This document shows positions 1 through 9,037 of a DNA stretch of 64,000 nucleotides, in pieces. Location of the stretch: positions 25,296,001-25,360,000 of the forward strand of contig JBHGNT010000001.1 in the NCBI GenBank assembly GCA_043228905.1. Reading direction: 5' to 3'. Origin of the DNA: Azolla caroliniana (lineage: Eukaryota; Plantae; Polypodiophyta). The notes below the pieces were generated by a model. That model was given only the letters and a program-made list of their open reading frames with translations. It did no database searches and was not told the origin of the DNA. Within the stretch, counting starts at the first letter, position 1. Each line of letters starts with the position of its first letter. The position numbers and the translations under genes were made by a program.

Positions 1-1
1 C

Positions 2-60
2 TGTTCCACGGTCTAGTGGTTAGGACATTAGTAACCCAAGTGCAAGTCTTAATGGGACCT
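2..60 (+). pseudogene. tRNA-Gln-derived pseudogene copy with the anticodon arm deleted; part of the array that continues at 5449-6740
   Basis: TGTTCCACGGTCTAGTGGTTAGGACATT-[deletion]-AGTAACCCAAGTGCAAGTCTTAATGGGACCT aligns to the intact tRNA at 5449-5520 and is followed by the same AATAGTTATTGTATGTTTGAG tail. Confidence 0.85.
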
Positions 61-152
61 CTTTGAATAGTTATTGTATGTTTGAGCATTAATCCAATGT
101 GGAGGTGACAAATAAATATTGCTCAATATTTTACACACAGATCTAGTACTCA

Positions 153-437
153 TGTTGAGAATCAAACTCAACTTCCCTAGTGTGGGAACACACATTAGGA
201 ATACCCAAGTGTGTGAACATCCCACCTCCGTTGTATCATAACTAATGTGTCATAGAAGTTAAGTCCTATGTCACATATTTCATAAGTAGTTAAGACTCCA
301 CCTCTTTCCCAAGAGGCAGTTCTAGTGAGAGAACTTAGAGAGAAGGTGACTACATAAGCACCTTCTCCTTTTCTTTGTAATTGTTGGCTATTGTTCCCCT
401 TGGTAATACAATTTCCCCTGTTTTCTACATACGTTGT

Positions 438-520
<83 letters not shown>

Positions 521-558
521 TCTCTTTAGTTGCACAAAATCACTCCTGATTCTTTACA
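153..558 (+). repeat. 5' LTR of the copia element, containing a (CT)n(CA)n microsatellite at ~440-520
   Basis: Starts TGTTGAGAATC and ends TTTACA immediately before the PBS; the first ~150 bp recur at 5035. Confidence 0.93.
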
Positions 559-571
559 TGGTATCAGGGCG
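559..571 (+). promoter_or_regulatory. Primer binding site complementary to the 3' end of tRNA-iMet
   Basis: TGGTATCAGGGCG directly after the LTR CA; one mismatch to the canonical TGGTATCAGAGC. Confidence 0.9.
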
Positions 572-3500
572 ATTGGTAGCTTGATCTAAGCCCATCTTCA
601 CATGTTGTGTATATGCCGACATTCACGAAGAATCGACCGATCGTTGTAGCAACAACTTGCACATTTCGTATCAAAGAGAAGCAGAAGAAGAAAACTTAGT
701 AGCTCCAAACAAGTCATTTCAACATGAATACTCAGATGGGAAGCGCTCTTCCTATCGAGAAACTCAATAGAAACAACTTCGCATCTTGGGAGTACAAGAT
801 GCACCAATACCTTGTCGGTCAAGGCTATTGGAGCTATGTCGAGGGAGCACAAGAAAATCAACCCAACCCGGCACATGCCGACCACCCAGCTTGGGAGCAA
901 GCGGCGAGTCGTGTGTTGCATTGCCTTGCATCATGCGTTCATGATCACATACTCGACTACATTCATGAGGCCAAAACGCCAAAAGAGGCGTGGGAGAACC
1001 TCAAAAAGATATTGACGGCCAACATAATCGCACGAAAGCTTGAACTCCGCCAAGAGTTGAACAACACACAACAAAGGGATATGTCAATCGACAGCTACAC
1101 CTTGAAGATCAAGGAGTTGGGTGACTCCCTCAGGTCAATCAATGTCAACATTGATGACGACGAAATGGTGCAGATATGACTCGGAGGCCTAGCACTTCGA
1201 TTCGGCATCATACGGTCATCTGTCCTTGTGAGGGAGAATCCTCCCTCCTTCGGTCTCCATTCGATGTTATTGGTCGAAGAAAACCACTTCAGAACAAGAG
1301 GCAACAAATCAGACGGACAAATGCTCTACGCGAGTTTGGACGGAGAAAGAGTGCAAGACCATGGAAGAAGGGGCCAATCAGGCCAAGGCCAAAACAACCA
1401 AAGGCAGTCCCATGAACACAACTTCTTCTACCGGCAAAATGCTGCAAACGCGCAAGGCAAAGCATCTAGTAGAAGGGGGAGCAATCATGCCGGACCTAGC
1501 TGTCAAAACAACTTTGCCCAATGTGGATACTGTGGCAAATTTGGCCACTAGGAGGTAGAGTGTTGAAGGAAGAACAATGAGTCGGCCTCCACAAGTCGAC
1601 AACTCACCAACTACACCTCAAAGTCTGATTACGAAGATCGTGGCGGAATGTTTGTAATGAGGCACAGAGCAAACTCAATGTCAGCCTCCAACTTGACCAA
1701 CACTTCCAACTCAGAAGATGCATGGTTTGTCGACTCAGGTGCATCCAATCACATGAAGTCTCTTAAAGATTGGTTCTGAGAGCTACGAAACCCCGAACAA
1801 CCCGACTATGTGGAAAGTAGGGATGACACAATTCACCCCATTAAACATGTTGGTAATGTCCCATTCGACGAAGAGACGTACATCAAGAACGTCTTGCATG
1901 TTCCGACAATAACGAAGAATCTGGTCTCTGTCGGCCAGATTGTGGAATAGGGCATGCAAGTTTGGTTCAACGACGGAGGATGCTTCATAGAAAAGGAAGG
2001 CCGAATTATCGTTCGCAGTCGAAGAGAAGGTCGGATGTTCATCCTCAATTCTCACGAGATGAAATCGGCAATGTTTGCCAAGGGCCATAATGCCAACATC
2101 GACATAGAGTTGTGACACAAAAGAATCAACCACATCAATATCCACAAGCTCAAAGGAATGTAGTCGAAATGAGTCATCATCGGACCCCCGACCTTTACTG
2201 AGAAGGAGATTGTAGGCATATGTGAAGCCTGCCAATTCAGTAAACAACACCGACAACTGTTCCCAAAGGAGAGGAACGTGAACAAAGGAACCCTAGATGA
2301 AATACATTTAGATGTATGGGGACAAGCCCAAACGACAACATTTGGTGGTTGCCAATATTATGTGACATTTATTGACGACTTCTCCAAGCATACCTGGATA
2401 TTCCATATGCGGCAGAAGAGTGAAGTGCTCTCACACTTCCAAAAATTCAAAAACGAAGTCAAAAGGTAACTGGACATCATGTACGGTGCCTTTGATCAAT
2501 CATCGACAAAGAGTACTTCTCTGACACCTTCACAACATATCTTTGACAAAAAGGAATCCAGTGGGAGTTTACTTGCCGACACACACCTTAGCATAATGGG
2601 GTAGACAAACAAAACAACTGGCATAGAGTCAAGGTGGCAAGGGCAATGATGGATGAGAAACATCTACCAAAATTGTACTGGGTTGAAGCGGCGAACATGG
2701 CCATCTATCTAATGAATTGATGCACAACATTCGGAGTGCATGATATTACCCCCCACGAGAGGTTCTATGGAAAGAAGTCGGATCTATCCCACATCAGGAT
2801 ATTTGGCTTGATTGCATACATACATATTCCCGACGAGAAGCGTCAGAAGCTATATCCTCAGTCAAAGAAATGTATCCTCGTGGGGTACTCGCTCAATCAA
2901 AAGGGGTATAAGTGCTTCGACAAATCGGCATCTTGGTACACAACCGACTCAACTCCCTCTAATCCGACCAAAACCGATTTCGACATAGACTCGAAGGAGG
3001 TTGATTGTTTAAGGCTCACAAGAAAGGAAAAGTCCAATCTCAACAAGGTTGAGTGGACCACAAGAGACTCCAAGCAACCAAAGTACATCGCGGCCAAGTC
3101 CAAAAACAAACAAATGGAAGGCCAAAATGCCAGAGTACAAAGGCTCAGATAGAAATGAATCAACTCACTCACTCGAGAGTGGGTATGGTGGATTTGATGT
3201 GCCTATCATGAGGACACTAGGATCCAAGAAAGTGTTCACGAAGACAAGTGAACAACTTTGTCGGTCCACCCGAGAGAAAAACATAGTCAGACAATTCGGT
3301 TACAATGATTACATGGCATACCATTATGTGTTCATGATGAAGGTGGCGATAGTCCAAGAGCCGGAAAATGTTTCTGAAGCCACAAAGGACCCACGATGGG
3401 TCGAAGCGATGAATGAGAAGATGCAAGCACTTTCCAAATTTATTGAGACGTGGGATCTTGTCCCCTCTTCATCCCATCAAAAGACAATCGGATGTCGATG

Positions 3501-5034
3501 GATATTCAAGGTGAAGCACAATGCCGACAACATTATCAATTAGTATAAGGCCCGACTTGTGGCAAAAGGTTATGCGTAGACACATAGGGTTCATTATGAA
3601 GAGATCTTTGCCCCGGTGACAAATATGACTACCTTTCAATTGTGATCACGCTTGCAGCAACCAAAGGGTGGCATCTACACCAAATGGACGTCAAGAACGC
3701 CTTTCTTCAAGGCGAATTAGAGGTGTACATGGTACAACCACCCAATTTCAAGTCAAGCACATACCCACAAGCGGTATGCCGACTCAAAAAGCCTCTCTAC
3801 AACCTCAAGCAGGCACCTAGAGCATGACATTTGAAGATAACCCAATATCTTCACCAAAGCAGCTTCCAAATGTCCAAGTCCACCAATTCTCTGTTCATCT
3901 GGAGTGATTCCAGAGGACATGTATTTATCATAATATATGTAGATGACTTGGCCATTGGGGGAGAACATTTAGTAGATATCGATCATATCAAAAAGCTACT
4001 CTCTAGTCGATTCGAAATGAAAGACATGAAGGAGCTTCATTACTTTCTAGGCATAAAAGTCATTCGGACTCCTGACGACATCATGATCTCCCAATGATAT
4101 TATATTCTCAATCTTCTGTTCAAGTTTGGGATGACAGAGTGTAAGCTTGTCGCTACCCCTCTTGATCGAAACCTAAAGCTAGATGCCGAGTTTGGCACAA
4201 AAGAGTGTGAGCCGATTCTCTATCGACAGTTAGTCAAAAACCTAATCTGCCTCACCATTACTTGACCCGACCTCAGCTACCCAGTCAGTCTCCTTAGCCA
4301 GTTTATGCAGACACCACGGAACATTCACATAGATTGTGCTAAACGAGTGTTATGCTATGTAAATGGGACAATAGATTACGCCATATCGGCCACACCGAGT
4401 TCACCTAGTTCACTCGAAGAGTACACAAATGTCAACTAGGCCGGCTATAAAACCGTTAGACAATCAACATCGGGCTTCGTCTTCTCCCTCGACAGTGGAG
4501 CCATATCGTGGAGCACTAAGAAGTTGCCAGCAGTCGCATGTCGAGCACAGAGGCCAAATACAAGGGCACAACAATTTCCACATGTGAAGCCATTTGGTTG
4601 ACACGAATATTGAAGGATCTGGGCGTTCCCATCACAGATGCGATTCTCCTCTACTGCGACAACATGAGCAATATTCATCTGGCTCAGAACCCTGTTTTTC
4701 ACATTCAAACCAAGCACATCGAAGTGCACACTATCATTTCATCTGAGAACGTGTACAGGCCAAAGATGTTGACTTGCAACACATAAGTACGAATCTACAA
4801 ACAGTCAACATCTTCACGAAGGCCCTGGGAACCAACAAGCTACGGCAGTTTGCGAGGAACCTGGGTCTTTCCATTGCTAACCAGCCGAGCTTGAGGGGGA
4901 GTATGGATAAGGAGTCGTCCGACATGAAGTCGAATAGGGCAGAACGAACACAAAAGTTGGAGCTGACTTGAAGCCGATTTGAAGATCAATCCGAACCAAC
5001 TATTCGCCGACCGGAAATTGTGTTTGAGGGTGTG

Positions 5035-5196
5035 TGTTGAGAATCAAACTCAACTTCCCTAGTGTGGGAACACACCTTAGGAATACCCCAAGTGTGTGAA
5101 CATCCCACCTCCTTTGTATCATAGTTAATGTGTCATAGAAGTTAAGTCCTATGACACATATTTCATAAGTAATTAAGACTCCATAAGCACCTTCTC
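5035..5196 (+). repeat. Truncated 3' LTR with an internal ~54-bp deletion
   Basis: Matches 153-300, jumps to the TAAGCACCTTCTC segment (355-367), then homology ends. Confidence 0.9.
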
Positions 5197-5273
5197 AGTC
5201 CAAGAAGGGTCAAATTCAAGTGGGGTTGAATCCATCTATTCCATTGCAACCCCTCGAAAAATATGTGTCCTAA

Positions 5274-5382
5274 CAACTAGACATTAAAAAGCAATGGAAT
5301 ATATGGATCCATCAAATTCAAGAGGGGTCAAATTCAAGAGGGGTTGAATCCATCTATTCCATTGCTTTTTAATGTCTAGTTG
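5274..5382. repeat. 35-bp inverted repeat (hairpin) with internal short direct repeats
   Basis: CAACTAGACATTAAAAAGCAATGGAATATATGGAT (5274-5308) versus ATCCATCTATTCCATTGCTTTTTAATGTCTAGTTG (5348-5382), one mismatch; TCAAATTCAAG(A/T)GGGGT occurs 3 times in 5210-5345. Confidence 0.85.
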
Positions 5383-5448
5383 CAAATTAAAAGACATAAA
5401 TTATGTACGACATATTGTATAGTGGTATATTAGAATTAATATATATGT

Positions 5449-5520
5449 GGTTCCATGGTCTAGTGGTTAGGACATTGGACTCTGAATCCAATAACCCGAG
5501 TTCAAGTCTCGGTGGAACCT
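5449..5520 (+). tRNA. trnQ-CTG: tRNA-Gln(CTG), intact 72 nt
   Basis: Acceptor stem GGTTCCA/TGGAACC plus discriminator T; A box TGGTCTAGTGG; anticodon arm TTGGA-CT-CTG-AA-TCCAA; T arm CCGAG-TTCAAGT-CTCGG. Typical plant cytosolic tRNA-Gln sequence. Confidence 0.95.
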
Positions 5521-5658
5521 CCTTCAATAGTTACTTCATGTGTTTGAGAGTTAATGCAAACAATGTGATGCATGATGACTATTATGTGGCTACAACAGTG
5601 GACCTTATATCCAATGTGTTACATGAATATGTCAAATGAATATCACATAGCCTCTTAT

Positions 5659-6740
5659 GTGGTTAGGACATTGAACACGAAAAGATCTCTCCTATGGTTC
5701 AATGCTCTAGTGGTTAGGGCATTGAACTTCAAATACAATAACCTAGGCTTGACCCTTGGTGGAATGTCTTATTCTTTTTCCTAAATAGTTATTGTATACC
5801 TTTAACTTTTATAATGGTCTTGTGGTTAAAGACATTGGACTTGGGCATTGAACTTCAAATACAATAACTTAGGTTCAAGCCTTGGTGGAATGTCCCTATT
5901 CTTTTTCTTAAATCTTAAATACTTATTGTATATCTTGAAAATTTATAATGGTCTTGTGGTTAAAGACATTGAACTTTGAATCTAGTAACCTAATTTCAAG
6001 CTTCGGTCAAACTCTTTGTATGGTTCCATAGTCTTAAATAAGGATTAGGACATTGGATTCTAAATGTAGTAATCCGAGTTGAAGCCTCGGTGAAACCTCC
6101 TTGTTCTTTTCTTAAATAGTTGTTATATACCTTAAATGAATCTAAACAAAAGTAACATCTTATATGGTTCCATGGTCTCATGGAATCTAGTAACCCAAGT
6201 TCAAGCCTCGGTCGAACTCTTTGGATGGTTCCATAGTCTTAAGGGTTAGGAAATTGGATTCTGAATGTAGTAATCCAAATTGAAGCCTCAATGGTATAAC
6301 CTTGTCTTTTTTCTTCAGTAGTTATTATATTTTTGAGAATCAATGCAACCAAAGTGATACATGATTATCAGAAGTGATATTTACATGCTTGAAGTATCAA
6401 GCAATTGTTTGAGGTCCAACTCAGTGACAACATAGTCTTGTTGATTTGTTTAGTCAAATGAAAAGCGGGACGGGTGTTTGTCATCCCAATGATTGTCAAC
6501 CACTAGTATTGACTCGTCAAAAGGTTTAGGGGTTAGGACATTGGATTTTGAATATAATAACTTTGTAGGTGAACCACCATATATCTTTTCTTGAAATGCT
6601 CTTGTGGTCTAGGGGTTAGAACTTAGAACATTGGACTTAGAACAAAATAACTTGAGTTCAAGCCTCGATGGAACCTACCTATCTATTTTCTTGAATAGTT
6701 ATTACATGTTTGGGAATCAATGCAACCAAAGTGATACACG
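5659..6740 (+). pseudogene. Tandem array of degenerate tRNA-Gln copies (~5696-5767, 5808-5893, 5942-6013, 6022-6098, 6166-6219, 6227-6301, 6521-6575, 6598-6676, plus a fragment at 5659)
   Basis: Each unit retains recognisable GGTTCCAT(G/A)GTCT, GGTTAGGACATTGGA, TAAC-C-AG-TTCAAG-C-TCGG and GAACCT segments, all in the same orientation; several carry the tail TTTTCTT(A/G)AATAGTTATT...TTGAGAATCAATGCAACCAAAGTGATAC. Confidence 0.88.
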
Positions 6741-6865
6741 AGGATGGGAAGTGAGAAAATTAGTGCATCGAATGAAATAGAAACAATTAAAAAATTGTTG
6801 TTATTGCCCTAGATTAACAATTAGGGGTTATATTCTTTACCATTCTATCCTTTCATGTTATTAGA

Positions 6866-7522
6866 AACATGGATGCTTGGCCCATAGAGGTACTAGCCAA
6901 GTAGGGTAAATAAGTATATCATAAAGGTTGAGAATAAGCTCAATCACATATTGGCAAAACAAGCTTGGAACATAGAATACAAGGTACAAAAAACAATTAT
7001 GCGCAAAATCCTCTCATCTAGTTGTAGAATGGGTGGTTGGCCCATAGAGATACTAATCAAGTAGAGTATACAAACAAGTGTATCGAAAAGGTCCAGAATA
7101 TGTCGATCACATATTGCAACAAGAAGCTTGAAACACAGAATGCAAGGTACATAAACAATTAAAAGCCAAATCTTCTCAGCTATCATCTAGTTGTAGAATG
7201 GGTGGTTGGCCCATAGAGATAGTAATCAAGTAGAGTATACAAACAAGTGTATCGCAAAGGTCCAGAATATGTAGATCACATATTGCAACAAGAAGCTTGG
7301 AAAACATAATGCAAGGTACATAAAACAATTAAAAGCCAAATCTTCTCATCTATCATCTAGTTGAAGAATGGGTGCTTGGCCCATAGAGATACTAATTAAG
7401 TAGAGTATACAAACTAGTGTATCGGAAAGGTCAAGAATATGTAGATCACATCTTGCAACCAAAAGGTTGGAACACAAAATAGGTACATAAAACAATTAAA
7501 AGCCAAATCTTCTCATCTAGTT
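6866..7522. repeat. Tandem repeat of ~170-bp unit, 4 copies
   Basis: GG(G/A)TG(G/C)TTGGCCCATAGAG recurs at 6871, 7031, 7201 and 7371 with conserved following sequence. Confidence 0.92.
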
Positions 7523-8574
7523 GGATACTTGATGTTATGAAATTGTTCAAAAGATGGAGAGTAACGATCTAATAATGCTCTCAACTATTTTGGGGTGTAT
7601 AATCAAAGCATGGTTAGTTTATTTGTATATGTTCTTACGTGTTATTTAATATTAACTAGTAAGTTTAATGCTTAAGCCTTATTGAGTCACTAGTTAGCTT
7701 GTTGGTTTAGATAACCATTTAAGAGAGGCAAAGAAACTCGAAGACTTCACATATATCACGATATATAGGTACTAGTAGCTTGAGGGTTCTTGATGACCAC
7801 TCTTGCTCTTTTCACCAACAAAACGGTATACAATGATCAGCCCCAATATACTACTTCGGCAATAGGGTATACCAATTCTCGCGACGGTTGTTGTTGGCCA
7901 TCTAGTGGGTTTTAGTATTTAATTAGACCACTTTGTATACAACAAACCAACATTTATAAAGGTTTTTGTACATTCCAACCAAAATACTAAGAAAGTGCAA
8001 GGGTAAATGTTGACCCAATAAAACAAAAGAAGATACTAGAGTATTGAACAGGAAGTCAAACGTCAAATAGGCATTAACCAAGAGATATCTCAATAGACTG
8101 GGTGATGGAGGCACGATATTCCCCCATCACCCACATCCATAAAAGCTCAAGTGTTCACCCTCTTTGGAGTGTGAAAGGCATAGATTATCAACAATATTCT
8201 TTAATTCAATGTCATTATCACCATGTTGACTCTTTGCCCCCCACCCCTCCTCCTTTAGTCTTAACTTGAGTGATTTAAGTCAATGAATATTGAGTGCAAT
8301 CTGATTAATTAAATAAGTGATAAGTGATAAGTGATTAAGCACAATGCATTGTTATCAGTATCTAAGAGTGTGATCAGCCAAACCATTGTGTCATGAGTAT
8401 TGTGTGCTTCATATGCCTTTGATTGTCTTGTTAAGTGTCAAACCTAAGTTGCACAACACTTGGAAGGTGAGATGGTTTATATCCCATGCCCGTCCTTGTT
8501 AAGAAGTTGTGGCCGCATGTGCTGCCCAAGACCAACATGATGGTTTAGAATGGACTCTCATGTCCACAACTTTA

Positions 8575-8586
8575 GTACTGATACCA
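8575..8586 (-). mobile_element. Possible PBS/LTR junction of a decayed LTR element on the minus strand
   Basis: Minus strand reads ...GTTGTCA|TGGTATCAGTAC, an LTR-type CA end followed by an iMet-like PBS; no coding remnant recognised nearby. Confidence 0.35.
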
Positions 8587-8694
8587 TGACAACACTTAAT
8601 GACCACAATGGACTACACTAAAAGTAATGAATGTTGTTTCAGATTGGGAACAAAGTGAATTTCAGACGATAGATCTACTCACCGCCATCCAAGT

Positions 8695-8744
<50 letters not shown>

Positions 8745-9037
8745 ACCAAACAAGCAAATATAACCTTAATTAAGCTCACTCCAAATTTCGAAGTCTATAT
8801 TGAATGAGAGATGGCAATATAAGGATTACAATATAAATAGTCATTGATGCAGTCACTCATCCTTTCCATCTCAATGACTCACATCTATGTCGAGGAAAGA
8901 CATTCAAACTAGAAAACCCCACATGCAAGATGCAGATGAACCACATTTTCAATTCCTTTTGTTTGACATCATGTCATTGCCAATACACATTTTGCATCAA
9001 CATTTTCCACTACTTACAAGGCAATTTGTCTTGGACA

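Larger units (their letters stand above)
153..5196 (+). mobile_element. Ty1/copia LTR retrotransposon, decayed (gag-PR-INT-RT-RH with many stops and frameshifts; 3' LTR truncated)
   Basis: 5' LTR TG...CA at 153-558; PBS TGGTATCAGGGCG at 559. Gag (KLNRNNFASWEYKM, ~724), zinc knuckle CGYCGKFGH (~1522), protease WFVDSGASNHM (~1723), integrase HLDVWG/FIDDFS (~2305), RT HQMDVKNAFLQGEL and YVDDL (3680-3950), RNase H YCDNMS/TKHIEV (4650-4725). Domain order is copia-type. PPT-like TTGAGGGTGTG precedes the second LTR at 5035. Confidence 0.97.

Noticed and set aside
5572-5650. Box C-like ATGATGA in the tRNA trailer suggesting a dicistronic tRNA-snoRNA
   Set aside because: No CTGA box D or terminal stem downstream, and the motif is not conserved in sister tails.
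5449-7522. Repeat-spacer appearance reminiscent of a CRISPR array
   Set aside because: The repeats are tRNA-derived or 170-bp tandem units with related spacers, in eukaryotic DNA with no cas genes.
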